Both the position numbers and the translations under genes were made by a program. Positions 28,099-38,381 of a DNA stretch of 64,000 nt are shown here, piece after piece. Each line of letters starts with the position of its first letter. Position 1 is the first letter of the stretch. This DNA is from Desulfatiglandales bacterium. GTDB taxonomy: Bacteria; Desulfobacterota; DSM-4660; Desulfatiglandales; HGW-15. The notes below the pieces were generated by a model. It searched no databases, was not told the origin of the DNA, and saw nothing but the letters and a program-made list of their open reading frames with translations. Where the stretch lies: contig CAXXJJ010000004.1 in the NCBI GenBank assembly GCA_963667015.2, positions 3,104,001 to 3,168,000 of the forward strand. The letters run 5' to 3'.

Positions 28099-29961
28099 TT
28101 ATTCTAACTCGTCTACTAATCCCAGTTCCTCCAGCTTCTCCCTGGTGGGCATGCCTGTATTTATATCCCAGCCTCTTGCTGCATAGTATTCATCCAGCAT
28201 CAGATTCAGTTCATCTCTGCTGATATAATTACCACCGGACACACCACCCTTTATCGGTTCTGTTAAAATTCTTTCGGGAAGATTATCATCCTCACGTCCC
28301 ATACCCTCACGTGCATTAAACAACTTTGCCATGTTGTTTATTCTCTCTCCTACCCTTTCGACCTCTTCAGGGGTAAACCCGATACCTGTCACTGCCTCCA
28401 TCAGATTGGCTGTATTTCTTGTGGCAACTGCAGGCACGGCCATATCAAGCAAAAATGCGCACATTGTAGGGGCATCGCATGTGGCAGACCTTACATCCTG
28501 GTTCCATTTTGTGAGCTTCCCCTTTCCTTTCACAGAGAACCTGTCCACCTGCTCAGGTATGGGTATTCCAAAAATCTCCTGAAATGCATATCCCCTGTTA
28601 TGGTCTGCCCCTGTATAGGATGTTGCATAGTTCAAGCCATGAGCCTTTGCGCCACGCACATCATAACCGGGGAGCTCAAGGCCCTTTACATGCATGGCAT
28701 ATTTTTTTGTATCCTTACCTATCCTCTCTGCGGCAATTCTTGAACCATCAGCCAGGATATCACCGAAGCCTTCCCTGTATGCCATCATCCTCAGCATATC
28801 AACCATTGCCCTGTGGTTTCCGAATTTCAGTTCTATTCCGCCTGTGTCTTCGGCACTGATTATTCCCTTTTCGTATAACTCCATGGCAAAGGCTATGGTC
28901 GCTCCTGCCGAGATGGTATCGATTCCTAGTTCATCAGATATCCTGTCTGCAGCAATAATAGCATCTATATTGTCCACACCCGTGGTTCCGCCAAAGGAAT
29001 ACATTGTTTCAAATTCAGGTCCTTCTGCCATAATGCCGGAATATTCACCTGTCTTTGCAAGCTTCAGCTGGCTGCATCCTACCGGGCATCCATAACAGTG
29101 TTCACTTCCCATATTTCGGGTCAACTGGGTTTCGACACCTATCTTATCAACCGGAACAAACACACCGGTTTCTTCAAAGTTTTTTCCGGGGAATATGCCC
29201 AGACCGCTCAGGGCATCAACAACCATGGGTGTTCCAAGTTTTGAAAACTGGGGGTATAGAACAGGGCTCTCCTTCATCTCCTTTGCCATAAAATCCCTGG
29301 CAGTTTTCAGTTTTTCCTTTGATGCAATATTTACAGATCCCGTACCCCTGACTGCAATTGCCTTGAGATTTTTAGAACCCATAACCGCGCCAAGTCCCTT
29401 CCTGCCCGCGGCCCTCAGTTCGTTAATAATGCATGCCAGCTTACTGAGATTCTCACCCGCTGGGCCGATACATGCTATCCTTGTGTTCTGGTCATTTAAC
29501 TCATTTTTGATGATCTGCTGGGTGTCGGTTGTCTTCATGCCCCAGACTTTTTCCGCATTTCTGAATCTTATATTGTCGTCCTTAATAGACAGGTAAACAG
29601 GTTTTTCCGATTTCCCTTCTATAATCATGACATCATAGCCGGCAAACTTGAGTTCTACCGGAAAATATCCTCCGGTAAGCGACATGCCGACTGCGCCTGT
29701 AAGAGGGGATTTGCCTGTAATTGCCATGCGGCTCGCACACGGAACAGATGTACCGGAAAGGGGTCCAGGGGCAAATATCAGCTTATTTTCAGGCCCAAGG
29801 GGATCCGCGCCTTTTTTAACTTCACTGTACAAAAGTTTGATGCCAAAACCTGCGCCGCCGATAAATGTCCTTGCAAGCTTTTCAGGTAGATCCTCTGTTT
29901 TGACTGACTGGTCTGAGAGATTGATCCTCAATATTTTACCGGAATATCCTCCTCTAAACAT
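28099..29961 (-). CDS. aor: Aldehyde:ferredoxin oxidoreductase (W/Mo AOR family)
   Basis: KSPLTG, IGPAGE, GRKGLGAVMGSKNLKAI, CYGCPVGC, GPEFET, HVKGLELPGYD.R, GADH, YY.ARGWD. Confidence 0.93.
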   Translation of the reverse strand: MFRGGYSGKILRINLSDQSVKTEDLPEKLARTFIGGAGFGIKLLYSEVKKGADPLGPENKLIFAPGPLSGTSVPCASRMAITGKSPLTGAVGMSLTGGYFPVELKFAGYDVMIIEGKSEKPVYLSIKDDNIRFRNAEKVWGMKTTDTQQIIKNELNDQNTRIACIGPAGENLSKLACIINELRAAGRKGLGAVMGSKNLKAIAVRGTGSVNIASKEKLKTARDFMAKEMKESPVLYPQFSKLGTPMVVDALSGLGIFPGKNFEETGVFVPVDKIGVETQLTRNMGSEHCYGCPVGCSQLKLAKTGEYSGIMAEGPEFETMYSFGGTTGVDNIDAIIAADRISDELGIDTISAGATIAFAMELYEKGIISAEDTGGIELKFGNHRAMVDMLRMMAYREGFGDILADGSRIAAERIGKDTKKYAMHVKGLELPGYDVRGAKAHGLNYATSYTGADHNRGYAFQEIFGIPIPEQVDRFSVKGKGKLTKWNQDVRSATCDAPTMCAFLLDMAVPAVATRNTANLMEAVTGIGFTPEEVERVGERINNMAKLFNAREGMGREDDNLPERILTEPIKGGVSGGNYISRDELNLMLDEYYAARGWDINTGMPTREKLEELGLVDELE

Positions 29962-30115
29962 TTTACCCTCCTTAAAGACTAGTAAAGTTTTTCAGCAATG
30001 AAGAAAAATAAAAAAGAATAAAGAATATTTCCCGGGGCAGGATTTTCATGAAGAGAGCTAGAGAGCAGAGATAGAAAACGGTGGGGGACAGGCCCCCACA
30101 TATTTCTTTATGGCT

Positions 30116-30553
30116 TTACCGGGACTGCGAGCCTATGAGTTCCAGATAAATATTGGTTTCAACGGATTTCAGTCCTTCAAATTCACCCACAACCGTACGC
30201 ATAAATTCCGAGAATTCCTCTGTGGATTTAAAAACCGCCATTGATGTAAGATTGTATCTTCCTGTAACAGTCCATACACTCCTGACATTCGGATGCTTGA
30301 TGAGTTCCTTTGTGACATGTTCGATCATCTTCTGATCAAGTTCCATCTGTATCCCGACAATGAAGGAATAACCCAGTTTTTTAAGGTCAGGAATAGCAAC
30401 AATCTTGATAACGCCTTCCTGAATAAGCCTTCTGGTCCTCCTCCTGATCGTTGTGGAACTGATGTCCAGACTCTTTGCCAGAGCATCACTACTGACTCTG
30501 GCATCTTTCTCCAATTCCTTGATTAATGCTAGATCTATCTCATCCAATAACAT
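30116..30553 (-). CDS. Lrp/AsnC transcriptional regulator
   Basis: LDEIDLALIKELEKDAR HTH; VTGRYN C-domain. Confidence 0.92.
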   Translation of the reverse strand: MLLDEIDLALIKELEKDARVSSDALAKSLDISSTTIRRRTRRLIQEGVIKIVAIPDLKKLGYSFIVGIQMELDQKMIEHVTKELIKHPNVRSVWTVTGRYNLTSMAVFKSTEEFSEFMRTVVGEFEGLKSVETNIYLELIGSQSR

Positions 30554-30732
30554 ACCCCACCTCCATTTCAGGCTGATTTGAGTCCCCGTATTTAGATTCA
30601 GTCCAAATCTTCTAATAATATATATATGTTAGAATACTTTAGCAAGGATTAAGATTAATCCTTTTATTTTATGCCATATATCTCTTACGATATAAAGCGC
30701 CTCGCCAGGATATCCCGCACAGGATTCATGGA

Positions 30733-31044
30733 TTATTTCAAAATTTCGCTGATCTGAAAGAAGGGTTTCAGGTCGGTAAAATTCTTTAAATCGGCAGCCA
30801 GGTCTGCATCGTGAGCCTGGGTACCTTTTTGGAAGTCTTCAAGGGAATTAAAAACCATATGGGCCATAGTAACAAAGGGGGCCGACTCACCGGGCCCGCC
30901 GCCGGCTACCCCCTTATCCACTTCTACCCTTACAAGGCCATAGGGTTTCAGAAGTTTTTCCGCAAAAGGGATATGGGAATTCAGATAGTATTCCATATCA
31001 AATTTACCATCACCTGCCGGATATAAAACTGTGGCCTTTATCAT
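30733..31044 (-). CDS. EthD-family protein
   Basis: TVLYP...FDMEYYLNSHIP...ADLKNFTD.KP..QISE. Confidence 0.9.
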   Translation of the reverse strand: MIKATVLYPAGDGKFDMEYYLNSHIPFAEKLLKPYGLVRVEVDKGVAGGGPGESAPFVTMAHMVFNSLEDFQKGTQAHDADLAADLKNFTDLKPFFQISEILK

Positions 31045-31080
31045 CTCTCTTCTCCTGTATAAATATTGTTTTCCGGGACC

Positions 31081-32004
31081 TTACCCTTTAGCCGTATCTT
31101 CCTTATATCCTGCCGGGGCAGCCTCTGCCAGCGAGCCTGTTCCTATTACAACAGGCATCAACAGATGCGGTCTCTCAAATTTCTTCCATGTAAGAGGTCC
31201 GTGCTTAAGGGATTTTGGTGCAAATATTGCCGTTGTGGTATTAAAAAGAAGGGGCTGATCATTGATACAGAATTCAATTTCAGCACCCAGGACTTCGGGA
31301 TTTTCAGGATCATTCCCAATAAGCAATACAACCTCCTCATAATCATGGGAGTGGTCCGGGATTGGAGGGTTGAGCCCAGGCATGCCCGGTATCCAGCCGA
31401 AATCCACATATACATTACTTTCCGGGACAAGCTCACTGCTCATATATATCTGTGCAGGGCTTTCCATTGCCTCGGTTACATCCGTACCCTGAAGAATCAG
31501 TGGTTTTCTTACCACATACTTTTCATAGTCCACATCATCGGTTTTTTCAGGAAGGCCCTGACTGCCCCCTGCATTATTTAACCATCCCAACCTGTTCTTC
31601 TCATGCCCAAGGATAATTGATATCTCAAGATGGGGGCGTTTAAAACTCTTCCAGACGGCCGGGCCGTGTTTTACCCCCTTTTTTATATACAAGGCAGATG
31701 TAGTATTAAGCTTTATGGACTGACCGCCAAGATAATACTCTATCTCTCCGCCAAGGTCTTCCAGGTTAAAGGGGTCGCTTCCCACAAAAAAAACTATCTT
31801 GTCATAATTATATGTGTGTTCAAAAATATGAGGATTCGGCTCCGGTATTTCGTATATCCAGCTGATATCTATGTGCTTGTTACAACCTTCAACAAGATCG
31901 TTGCTCATATATGTCATTACAGGAGCGCTTCGCCCGTTGACATTTTCCCCGGTCTCCCTCAGGGGATGGTTTACCATATATTTTTCATAATTTATTTCGG
32001 TCAT
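31081..32004 (-). CDS. Tandem two-domain cupin-like protein (uncharacterised)
   Basis: Two internal repeats of KY....G.DP...LG.EIE.....KHGP..W....PH; HSHDYEE only in the second repeat. Confidence 0.75.
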   Translation of the reverse strand: MTEINYEKYMVNHPLRETGENVNGRSAPVMTYMSNDLVEGCNKHIDISWIYEIPEPNPHIFEHTYNYDKIVFFVGSDPFNLEDLGGEIEYYLGGQSIKLNTTSALYIKKGVKHGPAVWKSFKRPHLEISIILGHEKNRLGWLNNAGGSQGLPEKTDDVDYEKYVVRKPLILQGTDVTEAMESPAQIYMSSELVPESNVYVDFGWIPGMPGLNPPIPDHSHDYEEVVLLIGNDPENPEVLGAEIEFCINDQPLLFNTTTAIFAPKSLKHGPLTWKKFERPHLLMPVVIGTGSLAEAAPAGYKEDTAKG

Positions 32005-32015
32005 TCGTCTCTATT

Positions 32016-32918
32016 TTATTCTTCCATTGTTTTCTGATGTCCGCCCGGATCGGACCGGGCAAGCTCCCCGGCGCCAAAGATGACAGCCATTTCAATATGC
32101 GGTCTTGAATAACTTTTCCATTTAAGGGGACCATGGTTGATTTTCATGGGTGCATATAACGCTGATGTCTTTTTGATCATAATAGGTTTTCCGTCAAGAA
32201 ATATCTCTATTTCAGCACCAAGGTCTTCGGGATTATCCGGATCGGAGCCTATATGAAATACAAGCTCATTACTGTCATCGTGAACATGCTCCATTATATG
32301 GGGATCCGGGTCTGGTATTCCCCATATCCAGCTGAACTCAAGATATGTATCTACCCCCGGAATCAGGTCATTGCTTATAAAGGTCATTGAGGGATGCATC
32401 CTGTTTTTTGTCGGAGTAGGAGCCACAACCTCATATGCCGGCTTTCGGACAATGTATTTTTCAGGATCAGAGATATGCTTTATTTGAGTAGCCTTATCCG
32501 CCTCCACCAGATTATCAAGATTTCCGGAGTTAATGGTTATTGTCATCTCCACATGGGGGGTTTGATAGCTTTTCCATATGGCCGGACCATGACTTACTCC
32601 CCTGGGTACAAAAATTGAGGCAGCCCGGCTGAAAACCAGGGGTGTTCCGTCCAGGCAGAACTCAATCTCGGCCCCGAGATATTCCGGTTCTTTATAATCA
32701 TTACCCCAGTAGAGTATTATCCTGTCACTGTCGCTTACCACTGACCTGTTTTCAGGAAGGGTTTCAGGCATTCCTGTTATCCATCGAATCTGTGCATGAT
32801 AATGGAGACCGGGAAACTGTTTATCGCTCCCGTATATCAGGGCCTGCCCGTGGTTGATCCCTGGAAGGTCTTCTTTTATGGGAATGTCTATTAAATATTC
32901 TGAAACATCTTCAATCAT
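32016..32918 (-). CDS. Tandem two-domain cupin-like protein, paralogue of 31081-32004
   Basis: Same duplicated motif; HVHDDSNE only in the second repeat. Confidence 0.75.
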   Translation of the reverse strand: MIEDVSEYLIDIPIKEDLPGINHGQALIYGSDKQFPGLHYHAQIRWITGMPETLPENRSVVSDSDRIILYWGNDYKEPEYLGAEIEFCLDGTPLVFSRAASIFVPRGVSHGPAIWKSYQTPHVEMTITINSGNLDNLVEADKATQIKHISDPEKYIVRKPAYEVVAPTPTKNRMHPSMTFISNDLIPGVDTYLEFSWIWGIPDPDPHIMEHVHDDSNELVFHIGSDPDNPEDLGAEIEIFLDGKPIMIKKTSALYAPMKINHGPLKWKSYSRPHIEMAVIFGAGELARSDPGGHQKTMEE

Positions 32919-32968
32919 TTGTTATCTCCTTAAAATGATCCAAACATAACCCGTTTCCGTGCAGCTCT

Positions 32969-34183
32969 TTAAATAAGGGCTTCAAGCACATTCACACATT
33001 CTTCAAATACAAAATCCCTGGGATTTCCTTCTCTTGCAAAATCATTTGCATACTGATGTTTTACTATGTGTGCGGCATCTTCCTTTTTTAGACCAAATCT
33101 CTCTCCAAGGTTTCCTGTTTCGATATCCAGGTCATCAAGCAGTATTTCAATCTCTTCAAACCATTTGTCAGATGCCTGAGACTTTGTAAGTCCCCAGGTA
33201 TCAACTCCCATTGCCTGGGCCATTTCTGCAAACCTGTCAGGACACGCTGACTGGTTATATCTTTCGGCCGGAATTGCCACTGCTGCATTTGCCAGGCCGT
33301 GATGCGCATTTGCCAGGACTGAAATACCATGGCCAAGACCATGGACAAGGCCGACACCGCCGCCGAAGTTCAGACCTATGCCCGCCATGGATGCAGCCCA
33401 TGCCATCGCCTCACATGAACCTGCCTTCATCCTGTTACGGCTGAATTCTCTCAGGTTTTCCGAAACCATCCTGATTACCTTTATCATTACTGCCTGATTA
33501 AATGGTGATGAAGGCCGTGCAATATAGGATTCAAAGGCATGAGAAAGAGCATCAAAGCCTGTCCACGCCGCAAGATCCTGGGACATCATCCTGATAAGGC
33601 AGGGGTCTACTAGTGCTTTTTTAGGTGCAAGCCCCGGCAGAAGAACAAGATGTTTCGCCGGGATGTTGGTATTTATTATTGCTGCGCAGAATGTACATTC
33701 CGCGCCTGTGCCGGCTGTTGTATTTACTGTTATCTGGGGGAGAGTGACAGGATTATATTTTCCCATCAACTCCATCCACGGGGGATCGATTGAGGCTACC
33801 ATGTCACAGATATACTGATCAGGATTTGCATGAAGCGCCCGGATTGCCTTTCCTGCATCATGGGAACTGCCGCCGCCCACACTTACTACACCGTCACATT
33901 CTGCCTCTGTAAACACCTTGAATCCAGCCGCCACTTCCTTATCCTTGGGATTGGATGTGACTCCATCGAACACCTCGGCTGCAACTCCATTTGAGATCAG
34001 TATCTGTTTGATCTCATCGACAATACCTGTTCCATTCAGGCCTGTTGTTACTATAAGGGCCTTTTTAATCCCGGCATTATGGCACTCGTTTGCTACTGTT
34101 TCATGGGCACCCCACCCAAGGGCTAATCCCGCAAAATCGTTTGTATAAGTTATCGGAAACTCAAATACCTGTTTGTTAATCAT
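32969..34183 (-). CDS. Iron-containing alcohol dehydrogenase
   Basis: GGGSSHDAGK, NTTAGTGAE, DALSHAFE, VHGLGH, HHGLANA. Confidence 0.92.
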   Translation of the reverse strand: MINKQVFEFPITYTNDFAGLALGWGAHETVANECHNAGIKKALIVTTGLNGTGIVDEIKQILISNGVAAEVFDGVTSNPKDKEVAAGFKVFTEAECDGVVSVGGGSSHDAGKAIRALHANPDQYICDMVASIDPPWMELMGKYNPVTLPQITVNTTAGTGAECTFCAAIINTNIPAKHLVLLPGLAPKKALVDPCLIRMMSQDLAAWTGFDALSHAFESYIARPSSPFNQAVMIKVIRMVSENLREFSRNRMKAGSCEAMAWAASMAGIGLNFGGGVGLVHGLGHGISVLANAHHGLANAAVAIPAERYNQSACPDRFAEMAQAMGVDTWGLTKSQASDKWFEEIEILLDDLDIETGNLGERFGLKKEDAAHIVKHQYANDFAREGNPRDFVFEECVNVLEALI

Positions 34184-34238
34184 TACTGACCTCCTTAAAA
34201 CCTTCTAAATAAAATAACTTTGACACAATGTCATATAA

Positions 34239-34572
34239 TCAATATTCCAACATCCGGCCCATAAAGCACCCCAGAAACAAAAGGAAAATCATTATGGCTA
34301 TAATAACAGCCATCGGCGGAAGATTCAACGATGCAATAACCATGGACAGTTTCTGGGCAACCGATGAACTCCCGAAAACATATGTAAAAAAGGATGATCC
34401 CACAAGTATGATCATGATTGTTGCATTAAGTACAGCAGTCTGAACAATGGCCCTGTACAGCCCTTTCCATCTTAAATCAAAGAAAATGCGCGGCGACAAA
34501 AAGCACGATAAAGCACCCGACTCCCCAGGCCTCTGTGGGTGTGGCTATACAAAAATAGATCGACCCCAGTAT
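34239..34572 (-). pseudogene. Internal fragment of a TRAP large permease (DctM), frameshifted
   Basis: Minus strand reads ILGSIYFCIATPTEAWGVG, shifts frame, then ...LFLGCFM. Confidence 0.8.
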
Positions 34573-34886
34573 CCTGCATATATGCCCCATGCCACATCAG
34601 CCATCTCAATGGCCCCTACCCTGACCGCGTCAAAATATTCGGGGATACGGGCAAGGGATTCACCCGGAAAGACCTGGATTTTATATTGCCCGTTTACCCA
34701 TGCATTAAATCTCTTTGCAAGTTCTTCATATTTATAGGTGAGTGGATCACCTGCCGCTGCAGGTACCACGAGCCTTATTATCTTTGTTTTTCCGGCCATC
34801 GCCTTTGGTGTAGAAATAAAAAAATTACAGAAAAGCAGAAAGGAGATTAAAAACAGAATACAGGACAGAACTTTTTTTCTGATCAT
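34573..34886 (-). pseudogene. N-terminal fragment of a TRAP solute-binding protein (DctP)
   Basis: Signal peptide, IQVFPGESL, DAVRVGAIEMA; joined directly to the DctM fragment. Confidence 0.8.
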
Positions 34887-35154
34887 AACTTACTCCCTTT
34901 AAAAGAAAGTCAAAGTTGACAGCCATAAAGATTTTTATCAGGTTAACTGGAAAAATCCTATGAAAAAGTTTGGCAGGAGCGATTCAATTTTTGGAACGGC
35001 CGCTTTACCGAACGTTCGGTTTTTGTATCCGATACCGGGTTCATTGTCAACTTTATTCCCCTGAAGAGCTGCCTGTAGACTTGCCAAATCCTTGTCATAA
35101 TTATTGATGAAGGTATCATAATTATCATCTCTGTAAATGACAGCAAGTCGAAAT

Positions 35155-35550
35155 TCATGGTTGAAGTGGCTGTTCTATTTTTTCCTTTGATTTTCTGGAT
35201 TTAATATAGTGAGTGGCATAAGATTTTTCGATATTTTCTTCACCTGTCTTTGAAAATCGAAGCCACACTTTTTTACCTTTTCCCCAGGATTTGTAACCGG
35301 TCCAGCTCGGTGAAAGATTGCCATTTATTGAATTGCTGCGAACAGACTTCATAATGGAATTAATTTTTCCAAGGTTAACTTTGATTACTTTTTCAAGATA
35401 TGGAATTCTTTTCATTCTCCAGTTTTCATAGTCCTTTGGATCAAGATAACCAAGTTTTATAAAAACATCGACAAAGCTTATGTATCCTTTTTCCTTTAAA
35501 AGTGCCGATGTTACTTCTCCAAGTTTTGTATGTAATTGTTTCCTATTCAT
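35155..35550 (-). CDS. Basic hypothetical protein
   Basis: VDVF..LGYL...Y..WR..RIPYLE...LRFSK.G...IE..Y.THY pattern of a small uncharacterised family. Confidence 0.65.
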   Translation of the reverse strand: MNRKQLHTKLGEVTSALLKEKGYISFVDVFIKLGYLDPKDYENWRMKRIPYLEKVIKVNLGKINSIMKSVRSNSINGNLSPSWTGYKSWGKGKKVWLRFSKTGEENIEKSYATHYIKSRKSKEKIEQPLQP

Positions 35551-35584
35551 TTTCCAAAAAATAAAACATTAACATTCTTATATT

Positions 35585-36730
35585 TCAGCGAAACAACCCT
35601 TCAGAAAGTTGATTGGTAAATGTGCGGAAAGGCATTACCTCTATGCCATCCTCTGTCTGCATGACCGGTCCATTCGGATAAACTATTATCCTGCGCTGAA
35701 CCCCTTTTAATTCTACAATAGCTCGCAGTCCTTTACACCAGGCCTGTGAGAAATTTTTCCCGGACTTCACTTCTACCGCAATAAACCGGTCACCTTTTAG
35801 AAGCAGAAAATCGACTTCAGTTTTTATGCCCGAGAAAGGAGACCAGTAATACATTTCATCAAAAACCTGTCTGTAATCCTTATACGCCCTGAGTACCTGG
35901 GCAACCAGCCCTTCGAATAAAGCACCCTTTTCCTCCGGACTCAAACTTCCTGTAGCCTTTTTCATGGATCGAACAATGCCCGGATCACACCAATACCATT
36001 TCGGGTGTTTTCTCTCCCTCAAACGTAATTTTGCTTCATAGGCCGGGAGCCTGAAACAAAGAAGAGTATCGACAAGGATATCGAGATAACCCATTATCGT
36101 TGTTCTGGCGACTTCAGCTTCCCGTGCTATATTAGATACGTTTACAGTCTGACCGTGAAACATGGCAGCTATAGGAAGAAAACGGGCAAACCCGGGCAGA
36201 TTCCTCACCAGGGCCTCGGCCTGGATCTCTTCTTTTAAGTACAATTGTGTATAGGCGGATAAGGTCTCTTTTTTTTCCAATGATTCGATAACAATGGGAA
36301 GTTGCCCGAACTCAAGTGCCTCTTCAAGATTAAATCGTTCTCCTAGCTCCTCAGGTACAAAGGGGTGCATTGCCTTTTGAATTGCCCTACCAGCCAATAG
36401 ATTAACACCTTCCTTCTTCAATTTTCTGGCGCTTGATCCGCATAAGGCAAATTTAAGCCGTCTGCTTTCTATAAAGCGATGGACCTCATTCAATAATCCA
36501 GGCAATCTTTGTATTTCATCGATTATTACCCACTGGTCTGATGGAATAGCCCGCAACTGATCGGCGAGGTGTCCCGGGGAAGCAAGCAGGTGATGATATG
36601 TTTCTTCGGATAATAGATCAATAACATGGGCACCAGGGAAATTTTCCCTAAGCCAGGTACTTTTTCCTGACCCACGAGGTCCCATAAGAAAAAAACTTTG
36701 TTTTGGTGGTTCAAGTATCCTTTTCAGCAT
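35585..36730 (-). CDS. AAA+ ATPase with C-terminal DUF4143 (PD-(D/E)xK-like) domain
   Basis: GPRGSGKS, IIDEIQ, GSSA, LAGR, K.Y..DPG, EVDF...AVEVK. Confidence 0.9.
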   Translation of the reverse strand: MLKRILEPPKQSFFLMGPRGSGKSTWLRENFPGAHVIDLLSEETYHHLLASPGHLADQLRAIPSDQWVIIDEIQRLPGLLNEVHRFIESRRLKFALCGSSARKLKKEGVNLLAGRAIQKAMHPFVPEELGERFNLEEALEFGQLPIVIESLEKKETLSAYTQLYLKEEIQAEALVRNLPGFARFLPIAAMFHGQTVNVSNIAREAEVARTTIMGYLDILVDTLLCFRLPAYEAKLRLRERKHPKWYWCDPGIVRSMKKATGSLSPEEKGALFEGLVAQVLRAYKDYRQVFDEMYYWSPFSGIKTEVDFLLLKGDRFIAVEVKSGKNFSQAWCKGLRAIVELKGVQRRIIVYPNGPVMQTEDGIEVMPFRTFTNQLSEGLFR

Positions 36731-36734
36731 TTAT

Positions 36735-36802
36735 TGTATACCATGTTGTCATTTTTCCATGAAATATGACAACATGGTATACATTTTTTTACTTTGTGTC
36801 AA
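36735..36802 (-). promoter_or_regulatory. sigma70 promoter overlapped by an 18-bp inverted repeat
   Basis: Minus strand TTGACA (36802-36797)-N17-TACCAT; IR 36735-36752 / 36766-36783. Confidence 0.7.
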
Positions 36803-36862
36803 GATTGTTAGAAGGAAAAGACAAAAGACATAGCATTATCCCATGCAAGGCTATTGAGAATT

Positions 36863-37918
36863 CTAATACATCGTATCTTCTATCTTACTTCTCTCATAAT
36901 CCGCCCATTTCACAATTTCTTTCATCATGAACGGTATTGGCAGGTTATATGGGCACCTGATAAGGCAGTCACCGCACTGAATACAGCTTTTGGCCCTTTC
37001 AAGAACATTTTCAAAATCAGGGGTTGTAAGTATCTGTTGCCCGTGTATCTTTACCATGTTTTTTATGCTCAATATCTTGTAGATAGGAATATTGACAGCG
37101 CATGGTTCACAGTAGCCGCATCTGTGGCAGAATTTACTGTCAAACTGCTTGTTCAGGGATACTATCTGCTGTTTCTCTTCATCCGAAAAACCAAAACTTC
37201 CCTCATGAACTGCCCAGTTTTTATCAACCTGCTCCTTTGTCTCCATTCCGGCTATTACCAGCAGATCAGGAAAGGAAAGTGCCCACCTGAGGGCCAGTTC
37301 GGGGATCCCGATCACCCCCCCTGCCAGGGGCTTCATGGTCATAATACCTGCCTTATTCTGCATGGCCTTTGGGATTACCGACCTGTATGCAACAGGCTCG
37401 ACAATATTGAAAGCAACCATAATTGTTTCAAAAAGATTGTCATCAGCCACCTTTTCCATTACATCCACGTTGTAACCCGATATACCCGCATGACCGATAA
37501 CACCCTCTTCCTTTGCCTTTAATAATCCCGCCAGCGCTCCGTCTTTAGCGGTTACACGTTTGTAATCCTCTTCGGAGGCAATAGAGTGGCAATGATAGAA
37601 ATCGATATAATCAAGCTGGAGCTCTTTAAGGCTTTTTTCTATCTCTTTTCTTATCCCATCCGCGGTACGAAGAATCGATTTACTGGAGACAGTTACCTTT
37701 TTATCGGTTTCTTTAAGGGCCTTTCCTATTCTTGCTTCGCTGGTAGAATAGTTTCTGGCTGTATCAATGAAGTCAATTCCCTTTTCAATGGCATATCGCA
37801 CGACATCAACTGCATCCTCCTCACTGACCCGCTGCAAAGGGATTCCTCCAAGGCCAAGCCGACAGACCTCAATTCCCGTATTGCCTATCATCATTTTATC
37901 CATAATACTTCCTTTCAT
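36863..37918 (-). CDS. Aldo/keto reductase with C-terminal 4Fe-4S domain
   Basis: FIDTARNY, MKPLAGG, CHRCGYCEPC, CIQCGDCLIRCP. Confidence 0.92.
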   Translation of the reverse strand: MKGSIMDKMMIGNTGIEVCRLGLGGIPLQRVSEEDAVDVVRYAIEKGIDFIDTARNYSTSEARIGKALKETDKKVTVSSKSILRTADGIRKEIEKSLKELQLDYIDFYHCHSIASEEDYKRVTAKDGALAGLLKAKEEGVIGHAGISGYNVDVMEKVADDNLFETIMVAFNIVEPVAYRSVIPKAMQNKAGIMTMKPLAGGVIGIPELALRWALSFPDLLVIAGMETKEQVDKNWAVHEGSFGFSDEEKQQIVSLNKQFDSKFCHRCGYCEPCAVNIPIYKILSIKNMVKIHGQQILTTPDFENVLERAKSCIQCGDCLIRCPYNLPIPFMMKEIVKWADYERSKIEDTMY

Positions 37919-38235
37919 TAATAATTCCTGATTGAGAACTCAGCGTTTTCTTTATAACCTGAATAATATAATTGCTATTACTGCTACTGCAATTATAAAT
38001 ATTCCACCCGAAAAATATGTCATGCCAATGCCCTTAACCAGTGCATCCGGCGCTGCTGAAAACGAGGTATCATTCCCGGATATAAATGGTCCGGTTTTGA
38101 CAATCCGCTTAACAGCAAGTACAAAAAAATGACACACTTATAAATCTCTTATACTTATAACTAAAAATCAGAATAACAAACCACGCTAAATCAGACAGTT
38201 ACCATGCCCGACTCGCTCTAAGATAATTAATTTGA

Positions 38236-38251
38236 TGGCATATTTCCTGCA
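38236..38251 (+). promoter_or_regulatory. sigma54 promoter upstream of the HDOD/kinase operon
   Basis: TGGCATATTTCCTGCA. Confidence 0.55.
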
Positions 38252-38381
38252 TATCATATTTTCTGGTCTTTACATTATCGGTCCAAAATATTGCTTTAAA
38301 ATGGATAGAGATCATAAAACAGGCGTAAAGCTAACATACTTCTACTAATAGCGGCTAATCTTTTCAAGGGGAAGCGCAGGA

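Noticed and set aside
37952..38137. 61-aa hydrophobic ORF
   Set aside because: No convincing start or RBS; possibly a remnant that I cannot assign
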